DNA of 64,000 nucleotides. Source: Verrucomicrobiia bacterium. GTDB taxonomy: Bacteria > Patescibacteriota > Saccharimonadia > Saccharimonadales > JAGQNK01. The stretch spans positions 20,514 through 84,513 of the forward strand of contig DATHJY010000011.1 of assembly GCA_035489575.1 (NCBI GenBank). Direction: 5' to 3'. This document shows positions 33,963-41,563 of the stretch, piece by piece. Positions within the stretch are counted from its first letter, which is position 1. Each line of letters opens with the position of its first letter. A model generated the notes under the pieces. The model did no database searches. It was given only the letters and a program-made list of their open reading frames with translations, and had not been told where the DNA came from. Both the position numbers and the translations under genes were made by a program.

Positions 33963-34482
33963 TGACAGAGCAGAGAAAGGGCGGTAGTGGCGGGGAGGCG
34001 GGGACGCAAATAGCGTCTGCCTTGGGTTTCCCCGCCACCTGCAAGATGTTGCAACTACTCCGCGACTTTGCGTGGAGTGACTCTGATCTGGGGGGAAAGG
34101 GTGGTGAACATGCCCATGATGAGGTTGACATCTTCCAGGGCCTGGACAAACCTCTCTTCTGTCGACGTACGACCCCTGTCGGAGGGACGAGCGCGAAAGC
34201 ACAAGGTCGTTGTCTGGCAGTCTGCTGTGGTTCTCAGTGGAATCAGGCGGAAGCCACCTGAGTCACGCGGGACCGTGGGGTCAACCTCCCACAACTCGAT
34301 GATCCAGCCAGACCGGGGACCGACCTTCGAAGGGCGCACGCCAGGCTCGTCCCAGTGAGCGAGCCGACGGTCAGTGAAGGCTCTCTCCGTCATGTCAACG
34401 ATGTCAACACGCCGGGCTTTGATCGTGAGGGTGCAGATGATGGGGTAGTCTTGTTCGGGCAAGGCATTCTCCTACTCTGTCG
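33963..34482. repeat. G+C-rich single-gene cassette with imperfect inverted termini
   Basis: The left end tgacagagcagagaaagg and the reverse complement of the right end (cgacagagtaggagaatg) match at 12 of 18 positions, core GACAGAG. The interior is visibly more G+C-rich than the flanking uvrB/gatC DNA. Confidence 0.3.
34055..34462 (-). CDS. Orphan hypothetical protein (135 aa), compositionally foreign
   Basis: TTG start lies 6 nt after GGAG. By hand count about 70 percent of third codon positions are G/C. A GC-rich 11-bp hairpin (33987-33997 with 34028-34038) follows the stop. No family recognised. Confidence 0.5.
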   Translation of the reverse strand: MPEQDYPIICTLTIKARRVDIVDMTERAFTDRRLAHWDEPGVRPSKVGPRSGWIIELWEVDPTVPRDSGGFRLIPLRTTADCQTTTLCFRARPSDRGRTSTEERFVQALEDVNLIMGMFTTLSPQIRVTPRKVAE

Positions 34483-34654
34483 AGGGGCTTACGGCAAAGA
34501 ACTGTAGTTGCTTACAATACAATTTTTATACTGAATTGTAAATATTTACCTCAGTTCAACCATAAGCTGTGAGATATCTTACTTCCTTCTTATATATTTT
34601 CTGATAAGAACTTTAGTCAGCACAATCACAAAACCTTTGTTATACTGATACGAA

Positions 34655-34945
34655 ATGGCAAAACTCACACGTGATGATGTATTAAAGCTTGCTCGACTCG
34701 CACGCCTACACCTGTCAGACAAAGAGATAGCGCAGTTTCAGACCGAAATCAGCGCCATTTTAGGCTATATTGACCAGTTACAGGGCATCGACGTCAGCAA
34801 CCTTGAACCCACAAATCAAGTTACCGGGCTCAAGAATGTCACCCGGCCCGATGTGGTCAAAGACTATGGGCCTACTCCAGCAGAACTGCTTAAAAACGCA
34901 CCCGCTACCGAAAAAGATCACTTCAAAGTAAGGAGAGTCCTATGA
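34655..34945 (+). CDS. gatC: Asp/Glu-tRNA(Asn/Gln) amidotransferase subunit C
   Basis: 96 aa with LARLARLHLSDKEIAQFQTEISAILGYIDQL. Confidence 0.9.
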   Translation: MAKLTRDDVLKLARLARLHLSDKEIAQFQTEISAILGYIDQLQGIDVSNLEPTNQVTGLKNVTRPDVVKDYGPTPAELLKNAPATEKDHFKVRRVL

Positions 34946-36366
34946 GTCAGTGGGACCCTATCGCAACCCTAGCGGGCAAAGTACGGTCCGGCGAGACTAA
35001 AGCTACTGATCTAGTCGAGCGAGCGCTCAAGACTATCGAAGAAAAGAAAGACTTCAACGCGGTGCTAGCCACAGTCGCCGACCGCGCTCGCGCTCGCGCA
35101 AAACAGATTGACGAAAAAGTAAGCAAGGGCGAACAAGCCGGACGCCTGGCAGGCGTACCCTTTATAGCCAAAGACAATTTTTTGACCTTTGGGTCAGAAA
35201 CAACAGCCGCCAGCAACATCCTCAAGGGCTTCAATGCACCTTACCAGGCGACAGCTATAGAAAGGCTCGAGACCGAAGGCGCCATAGTAGTTGCAAAAGC
35301 CAACCTAGATGCCTTTGCCCATGGCACCAGCACCGAAAACAGTGATTTTATGACTACCAAAAATCCCCACGACCCAGAGCGCGTACCAGGCGGTTCGTCC
35401 GGTGGTTCGGCGGCAGCAGTCATCTTGGATATGGTCCCCTTTGCACTGGGTACTGACACCGGTGGTTCTATTCGCCAGCCCGCTAGCTTCTGTGGCGCTG
35501 TGGGCTTCAAGCCTACCTACGGACTCGTATCCCGCAGCGGTGTCGTAGCTATGGCTAGCAGTACTGATGTCGTTGGGCCTCTTACGCGAACAGTCCAAGA
35601 TGCAGCCCAGGTACTAGAGGTACTAGCCGGCAAAGACGAACTAGATGGTACCGCCATTGACCGCGACAAGAATTCTTACACTGACTTAGACATCGGTATA
35701 AAGGGCAAAAAGATTGGTCTGATCAAAGAATATTTTGGCGAAGGCCTAGACCCAGATGTCAAAAAGCAAATCCTAGCCACCACAGACCGTCTCAAACAAG
35801 CCGGTGCCAATGTAGTAGAAGTCAGCCTGCCTTCGCTTCCGCTCGCCTTGGCTTGTTATTACATCATTGTGCCAGCCGAAGTCAGCAGTAACTTGAGCCG
35901 TTACGATGGCCAACGTTATGGCTTCTCGTCCAAGGAGGCCAAGAGCCTGGACGACAGCTATAACTGGTCACGCAGCGAAGGCTTTGGCAACGAAGCCAAG
36001 CGCCGTATTATGATTGGCACCTACGTGCTGAGCAGCGGCTACTACGACGCTTACTACCGTAAAGCTCAACAGCTGCGCACAAAGCTCATCCAAGAATTTG
36101 AAGCCGCTTTTGAAGCAGTAGATTTTCTGGCAGGACCAGTAGCACCAACAACTGCTTTTAAAATTGGCGAAAACATCAATGATCCATTGGCTATGTATTT
36201 GCAAGATATTTACTCTGTAGCCGTGAACCTTGTGGGGATTCCCGCTGTCAGCGTACCGGCTGGCATGGTACAAAATATGCCAGTGGGATTGCAGCTGATG
36301 GCACCGCAGAAACAAGACCGAGCATTACTGGCAATCGCACATACAACAGAGGAGTTAATCAAATGA
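34942..36366 (+). CDS. gatA: Asp/Glu-tRNA(Asn/Gln) amidotransferase subunit A
   Basis: 474 aa with the amidase signature GGSSGGSAAAV and catalytic KDN. Confidence 0.95.
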   Translation: MSQWDPIATLAGKVRSGETKATDLVERALKTIEEKKDFNAVLATVADRARARAKQIDEKVSKGEQAGRLAGVPFIAKDNFLTFGSETTAASNILKGFNAPYQATAIERLETEGAIVVAKANLDAFAHGTSTENSDFMTTKNPHDPERVPGGSSGGSAAAVILDMVPFALGTDTGGSIRQPASFCGAVGFKPTYGLVSRSGVVAMASSTDVVGPLTRTVQDAAQVLEVLAGKDELDGTAIDRDKNSYTDLDIGIKGKKIGLIKEYFGEGLDPDVKKQILATTDRLKQAGANVVEVSLPSLPLALACYYIIVPAEVSSNLSRYDGQRYGFSSKEAKSLDDSYNWSRSEGFGNEAKRRIMIGTYVLSSGYYDAYYRKAQQLRTKLIQEFEAAFEAVDFLAGPVAPTTAFKIGENINDPLAMYLQDIYSVAVNLVGIPAVSVPAGMVQNMPVGLQLMAPQKQDRALLAIAHTTEELIK

Positions 36367-36794
36367 GAATAGAAATGCTGGGCATTATTGTCGTTGGTAT
36401 TATGATCGCGCTCTTGAGCGTACTAGTGATCGCCCTGAAGATACCCAAAAGGCTCAAAGCCAATTATTTTGTAGTCGGCTGGAAAGAACTACAGAACTTC
36501 TGCAAAGAGAAACACACCTGGCCCCAGGCAATCGAAAGCGCCGACCACCTGCTAGACAAAGCCCTAAAAAAGCGCAAGTTCAAGGGCAAAACTATGGGCG
36601 AACGCATGGTGTCAGCACAACACACTTTTAGCGACAACGACGGCGCCTGGTTTGCGCACAACTTACACAAAAAAGTCATAGCCGACCCCACTTTTAAACT
36701 GAAAGAATCCGACGTCAAAGACGCACTCATGGGCTTTCGGCAAGCACTTAGGGACATAGGAGCACTACCTCATGGTGAGTCCAGAGACACGTAA
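36363..36794 (+). CDS. Hypothetical membrane-anchored protein inserted between gatA and gatB
   Basis: 143 aa with one N-terminal TM helix. Overlaps the gatA stop by 4 nt and the gatB start by 23 nt. Confidence 0.5.
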   Translation: MRIEMLGIIVVGIMIALLSVLVIALKIPKRLKANYFVVGWKELQNFCKEKHTWPQAIESADHLLDKALKKRKFKGKTMGERMVSAQHTFSDNDGAWFAHNLHKKVIADPTFKLKESDVKDALMGFRQALRDIGALPHGESRDT

Positions 36795-38214
36795 AAAATA
36801 CACGGTCACTATTGGCCTGGAAACGCATGTCCAGCTAAAAACCAAGACCAAGCTTTTTTCGGCCGTAGACAACGACGCCCGTGAGGCGCCGCCAAACACG
36901 CTCATTAGCCACATCGACCTGGGTATGCCAGGGGCTTTGCCCGTCCTGAACCAGGGGGCGGTCGACCTAGCTATCAAGGCAGCCTTTGCATTGGGCACGC
37001 CGCCACAAAAGCTTAGTACCTTTGACCGCAAGCATTACTTTTACCCAGACCTGCCCAACGGCTACCAGATAACACAGTTTTATAACCCCATCATCAAAGA
37101 TGGTGCCGTGACATTTTGGCTAGACGGCCAGGAGCACCGCGTGCGCATCCACGAAGCACATCTAGAAGCCGACGCCGGCAAGAGCACTCACCCCACCGGC
37201 AAAGACTACAGCTTGGTCGATCTCAACCGGGCCGGCACACCACTACTCGAAATAGTTTCCGAACCAGACATACACAGCCCAGCCGAAGCTAAAGCCTACG
37301 CCCGCGAGCTGTACCTACTGGTCCGCTACGCCGGCATATCAGAAGCCAGCTTGTACTATGGCAACATGCGATTTGACGTCAATGTCAGTGTCAGCACCAC
37401 CGATCAACTGGGCACCCGCAGCGAAACCAAGAACCTGAACAGCTTCAAGAGTGTCGAGAAAGCAGCCGAGTACGAGATCGACCGCCAGATAGAACTACTG
37501 GAAAAGGGCGAGAAAATCGTCCAGGAAACTCGTGGCTGGGACGAGGCAAAGCAAAAGACCATTAGCCAGCGCGGCAAAGAAGAAGCCCACGACTACCGCT
37601 ACATGCCAGACCCAGACCTGCCCCCCTTAGAACTCACCGACGCTATGCTAGAGCAAACCAAAAACAGCATGCCACTCATGCCCCACGACTACCGAGAGGT
37701 TTTCAAGCAACTTGGGTTAGATGAAGCAGTTACCGAATCCCTCATAGATACCTCTCAGCACGCCGCAGTTGTAAAAGAAGTCTTTGACCAACATGGACCA
37801 GCTCATGCCAAGCGCATAGCCAACTGGTTTGTTAACGTTATCACTGACATCGCAGAAGAGGCCCAACAACGATACAAATCAGACACGTCGGCAGTAGTAC
37901 AGCTATCACAAATGGTAGAAGACAAAAAACTCAGCTCTACAGCCGCCAAAGACATATGGATAGAATTGTTCAACAATGGCGGTGATCCCGAAAAAATTGC
38001 CCAGGCCAAGAATCTGCTGCAGGTATCAGACAAAGATGAGATTGCTAAAATAGTCCAACAAGTACTTTCCGAAAACCCTCAAGCTGCCCAAGACATCAAG
38101 GAAGGCCAGATGAAAGCCATCGGCTTCTTGGTTGGCCAGGTCATGAAAGCCTCACAGGGCAAAGCCAATCCTGGGCTTGCGCAAGAACTCATAAAAAAAC
38201 AGCTCGAATCCTAG
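36772..38214 (+). CDS. gatB: Asp/Glu-tRNA(Asn/Gln) amidotransferase subunit B
   Basis: 480 aa with IGLETHVQL, RKHYFYPDLP and a C-terminal YqeY-like domain. Confidence 0.95.
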   Translation: MVSPETRKKYTVTIGLETHVQLKTKTKLFSAVDNDAREAPPNTLISHIDLGMPGALPVLNQGAVDLAIKAAFALGTPPQKLSTFDRKHYFYPDLPNGYQITQFYNPIIKDGAVTFWLDGQEHRVRIHEAHLEADAGKSTHPTGKDYSLVDLNRAGTPLLEIVSEPDIHSPAEAKAYARELYLLVRYAGISEASLYYGNMRFDVNVSVSTTDQLGTRSETKNLNSFKSVEKAAEYEIDRQIELLEKGEKIVQETRGWDEAKQKTISQRGKEEAHDYRYMPDPDLPPLELTDAMLEQTKNSMPLMPHDYREVFKQLGLDEAVTESLIDTSQHAAVVKEVFDQHGPAHAKRIANWFVNVITDIAEEAQQRYKSDTSAVVQLSQMVEDKKLSSTAAKDIWIELFNNGGDPEKIAQAKNLLQVSDKDEIAKIVQQVLSENPQAAQDIKEGQMKAIGFLVGQVMKASQGKANPGLAQELIKKQLES

Positions 38215-38230
38215 AAGGGCAGTAGTTGTT

Positions 38231-38743
38231 ATGTCCCAATCAGAATTAGTATGTGAATTTAGAGAGGTCGTAGATGCCGTCATTGCGACTCAAGTAGAAG
38301 AAGCTCACGAAAGCGGGCGAACCTGGCCGGGGTATACTGTTGGCGCAATGGCGGCAGGGCTACTTTTTGCATCGGCCGAATCAGCGTCCAGCCGGCAAGA
38401 GTTTTTTGGGCACGAAGGCGAACGCATATGGGGTGTTGCCACCCAAGAAGAGTGGCATCCTCAGGCAAAAATGTACGGCCGGCTTATTATTGTTTCGGTC
38501 GCCGATGATCCGGAGCAGTTGCACCGAAAGGTCAACCTCAGATTGCCGCCAGCCATTCAGGCCGAGGCTACTTCAGTACACAGTACGCTATCCACCGACA
38601 CACAAATACGTCACGCCGTTCAGTGGATAAAGTCCCCTCATTTAGCACGTGCTGCCTATGCACAGCTTAATACGCTCGACGAAGACCAGGCAGAAACAGC
38701 GATCCTAGAGACGCGGCTACTTGCCAAAGAGTCTGCGCGGTAA
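38231..38743 (+). CDS. Hypothetical protein (170 aa)
   Basis: Intact ORF in operon-like spacing after gatB. No family recognised. Confidence 0.5.
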   Translation: MSQSELVCEFREVVDAVIATQVEEAHESGRTWPGYTVGAMAAGLLFASAESASSRQEFFGHEGERIWGVATQEEWHPQAKMYGRLIIVSVADDPEQLHRKVNLRLPPAIQAEATSVHSTLSTDTQIRHAVQWIKSPHLARAAYAQLNTLDEDQAETAILETRLLAKESAR

Positions 38744-38775
38744 CACCGCCAAAACCCGTCTGCTATACTCATTCT

Positions 38776-39657
38776 ATGCCTCAGTACAAACCAGTCAGAA
38801 AAGCAGTCATCGCCGCAGCTGGCTTTGGCACTCGATTCTTGCCACAAACCAAGGCCATGCCCAAGGAAATGCTGCCAATCATTGATAAACCAGTCATTCA
38901 ATTAGTTGTAGAAGATTTGGTTGCAGCAGGGGTGACGGATATTATCATAGTCACTGGGCCTACCAAACGAGCCATCGAGGACCATTTTGATCGTGCCCTC
39001 GAGCTCGAAGACGAGCTACGAGGCAAGGGCAAGGATGCGGTCGCCGACACCCTCAAAGATATCGCTGAGATGGCCAACTTTATTTACCTCCGACAAAAAG
39101 GCCTTCCAAAAGGAAATGGCCGTCCCGCCCTGAATGCAGCCCATCTTATTGGCGACGAACCGTTCTTTATGTTTTTTGGTGACGACTTTTTTACAGGACA
39201 CATTACCCGTGCCCAACAGCTACTAGAAACCTACAGCCAGACTGGCAAGTCAGTTATTTCGCTCATAGAAGTAGACCGCAAAGACGCCGACAAGTACGGT
39301 ATGGTAGCAATCAGCGAGAAACTCGACGACAAGAGCTTTAGGCTAGATAGCCTTGTCGAAAAACCAGGAGCCAAGGATGCACCGTCAGAATTTGCTTCTA
39401 TTGGAGGGTATCTTCTGACACCAGAAATTTTGCCCATATTAGCAGATGAGCACACCAGCTCACGGGGAGAGCTAGAACTGCCCGGGGCAATCAACAGGCT
39501 GGCTCAGCAAGATACCGTATACGGTCGCTTCATCGAAGGTGATTACCATGACACCGGCAGTCCAGAACTATACTTGCGCGCCCTGATAGATACCGCCCTA
39601 GACGACGACAGGCTCGGGCCGGATCTTCGGGACTACCTGCAGCAAAAATTGCAGTAG
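38776..39657 (+). CDS. galU: UTP--glucose-1-phosphate uridylyltransferase
   Basis: AAGFGTRFLPQTKAMPKEMLPIIDKP N-terminal signature and the VEKP block. Confidence 0.9.
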   Translation: MPQYKPVRKAVIAAAGFGTRFLPQTKAMPKEMLPIIDKPVIQLVVEDLVAAGVTDIIIVTGPTKRAIEDHFDRALELEDELRGKGKDAVADTLKDIAEMANFIYLRQKGLPKGNGRPALNAAHLIGDEPFFMFFGDDFFTGHITRAQQLLETYSQTGKSVISLIEVDRKDADKYGMVAISEKLDDKSFRLDSLVEKPGAKDAPSEFASIGGYLLTPEILPILADEHTSSRGELELPGAINRLAQQDTVYGRFIEGDYHDTGSPELYLRALIDTALDDDRLGPDLRDYLQQKLQ

Positions 39658-39678
39658 TAATATATAATGAGGTAACAA

Positions 39679-39945
39679 ATGGAAAATGCTCAGACTATCC
39701 TCGTAATTTGTCTTTCTGCAGCACTTGCAGTCTTCCTTATCTTAGGGATTATCTTGCTGTCGATTTGCATCAAAATTGCCAACCACATAAAACACATCTC
39801 TGAAAAGGCCGAACAAATCACCGATAAAGCAGAAAACATTGCCGACTTTTTTAGCAAAGCGGCCACCCCTATGGCGATTGGTCGCATCATCTCACAGGTA
39901 AGCGAAGCAGTGCTTAATCGAAAAGGCAAAAAAAGGAAGGACTAA
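39679..39945 (+). CDS. Small membrane protein (DUF948-like)
   Basis: 88 aa with one TM helix followed by a helical charged tail. Precedes a YtxH-type gene, a pairing seen in many Gram-positive-type genomes (from memory). Confidence 0.5.
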   Translation: MENAQTILVICLSAALAVFLILGIILLSICIKIANHIKHISEKAEQITDKAENIADFFSKAATPMAIGRIISQVSEAVLNRKGKKRKD

Positions 39946-39950
39946 CCCCT

Positions 39951-40394
39951 ATGGCAAAAGAAGAAAAGAAAGAACACGCTGGACGTAACATGGCTATTGG
40001 CGCAGCACTGGCCGCTGGCGCAGGCTACGTCGCTGGCATCTTAACAGCTCCAAAGAGCGGCAAAGATACTCGCAAAGACATAAAAGACACCGCCGTAAAG
40101 ACCAAGACAGAAGCCGAGAAACGACTCAAGGTCATGCACAGTGAAGCCACAGACCTCATTGGCAAGGCAAAAACTCTCGCTAAAAATGTTGGCAGTGGTT
40201 CAAAAGACGAGCTCAACCAAGCTATCGAGTCAGCTGTCAGCGCCCGCGAGAAAGCTCGCAATCTACTGAGCGCCCTCCACGAAGGTGACGCAGACGACAA
40301 AGACCTCGAAGAGGCTATCGCAGAAGTAAACAGCGCCGTCGAGCATCTAAAAAAATACGTCAGCAAAAATGTCCAGCAGTCCAAAAAAGCCTAA
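39951..40394 (+). CDS. YtxH-domain protein
   Basis: The N-terminal GAALAAGAGYVAGILTAPKSGKDTRKDIKD motif is typical of YtxH. The remainder is coiled coil. Confidence 0.7.
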   Translation: MAKEEKKEHAGRNMAIGAALAAGAGYVAGILTAPKSGKDTRKDIKDTAVKTKTEAEKRLKVMHSEATDLIGKAKTLAKNVGSGSKDELNQAIESAVSAREKARNLLSALHEGDADDKDLEEAIAEVNSAVEHLKKYVSKNVQQSKKA

Positions 40395-40638
40395 GGACAA
40401 ACAATACGAAGATCTCGGGCGAATGCTCGAGACTCTTTATGAAACCGGATATGCCAGGCATCGTGACGTCTACAAGATGAGCTTTATAAAAGGCGTCGTG
40501 GCCGGCTTCGGCGGTGTGCTAGGCGCTACCATCTTGGTGGCATTACTGCTCTGGATTATCTCCCTGTTTGATTCAGCACCACTCATAGGCCCCGTGCTTG
40601 ACGGCCTCAGAGACACCGTTAAAAGCAAACCCCAATAA
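40369..40638 (+). CDS. Small membrane protein (DUF5665-like)
   Basis: 89 aa with a basic N-terminus, FIKGVVAGFGGVLGATILVALLLW TM segment, and a 26-nt overlap with the previous gene. Confidence 0.55.
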   Translation: MSSSPKKPKDKQYEDLGRMLETLYETGYARHRDVYKMSFIKGVVAGFGGVLGATILVALLLWIISLFDSAPLIGPVLDGLRDTVKSKPQ

Positions 40639-40659
40639 CACCTCGTAGAACGGTGCTAG

Positions 40660-40688
40660 CGCCGAGTTCGAACCCCTCACCCCAGCCA
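40660..40688 (+). other. tRNA 3'-half-like fragment, copy 1 (degenerate)
   Basis: cgccgaGTTCGAAcccctcaccccAGCCA has a T-loop-like GTTCGAA and a terminal GCCA, but the T-stem does not pair and there is no 5' half. Confidence 0.3.
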
Positions 40689-40745
40689 CAATAAAAGGTC
40701 TCTTTTAGGGTGACCTGCAAGAAATCCTAGGATTATTATTGAGTA

Positions 40746-40775
40746 CGTCGGGTTCGAATCCTGCTGCCACAGCCA
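40746..40775 (+). other. tRNA 3'-half-like fragment, copy 2
   Basis: cgtcggGTTCGAAtcctgctgccacAGCCA has a T-arm cggg/TTCGAAT/cctg and ends in GCCA. No complementary 5' acceptor strand (tgtggca) occurs within 400 nt upstream. Confidence 0.3.
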
Positions 40776-40911
40776 AAGTATTATCAACAGATAAGAGAGC
40801 GTCACATCATGGCGTTTTCTTTGTATTCTGGCCACTATCTCCAAAAGTTTGGTTTGGTTTAATTTGATTCCTTTTCTATCTGCTTTAATCCGAATAGACT
40901 ACAATATTGAG

Positions 40912-41337
40912 ATGAAAATACTATTCGTCTGCAGAGGCAACAACTGCCGCAGTCAGATGGCGGAGACGCTATATAATCATATGACCAATTCAACCAATGC
41001 AAGTTCTGCAGGCACACGGGTTGAAGGAGCAGGAGACACTCTAGCTGAATTCGGCAAGCGTCCCGGTATTAAGTCCTTCACTGTAGATGTTATGCGTGAC
41101 GCTGGGTTTAATATCCAGGATAAGGTGCAGACTCAGCTCACGAAAGACATGCTCACCAAATATGATGTAGTCGTTAGTATGGCCGCGAAACAGTTCACGC
41201 CCACCTGGCTGTCATCAGCTCCAAACTACATATATTGGAAAATACCTGATCCAAAAGGTCGGAGCTATGAAATTACAAAACATGCCAAGGATGCGGTTGA
41301 ACAGAAAATTCATGAGTTGATTAAGACCAAGGGCTAA
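40912..41337 (+). CDS. Low-molecular-weight phosphatase family protein (LMW-PTP / ArsC-type)
   Basis: MKILFVCRGNNCRSQMAE carries the CX5R(S/T) P-loop. I prefer the ATG at 40912. The gene looks more A+T-rich than its neighbours. Confidence 0.8.
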   Translation: MKILFVCRGNNCRSQMAETLYNHMTNSTNASSAGTRVEGAGDTLAEFGKRPGIKSFTVDVMRDAGFNIQDKVQTQLTKDMLTKYDVVVSMAAKQFTPTWLSSAPNYIYWKIPDPKGRSYEITKHAKDAVEQKIHELIKTKG

Positions 41338-41563
41338 ACACAGCCACCTTCGCCCAGTAGTTCACGTATATCTTTCTCACCCCGAAAAAGCCATATTTTT
41401 TATTTTGTTACACTTCAGGCACGAATCAACAGCCTCTACGATGACCGGCCATAACAAAAGTCAGACGATGCACGCATTAGGATCTCTGTGTTGTAATTAA
41501 AAGCATCGCCAAAACAGCCCTGAGTCCAGTAAACTAGCAAGAGTACTGGAGGGTAACCAGCTC

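Noticed and set aside
40639-40775. Intact tRNA gene(s) suggested by two GTTCGAA T-loop motifs and GCCA ends.
   Set aside because: I could not build a cloverleaf. The required 5' acceptor strand is absent, copy 1 has an unpaired T-stem, and there is no room for D and anticodon arms between the upstream CDS stop (40638) and copy 1. They are reported only as tRNA-derived fragments.
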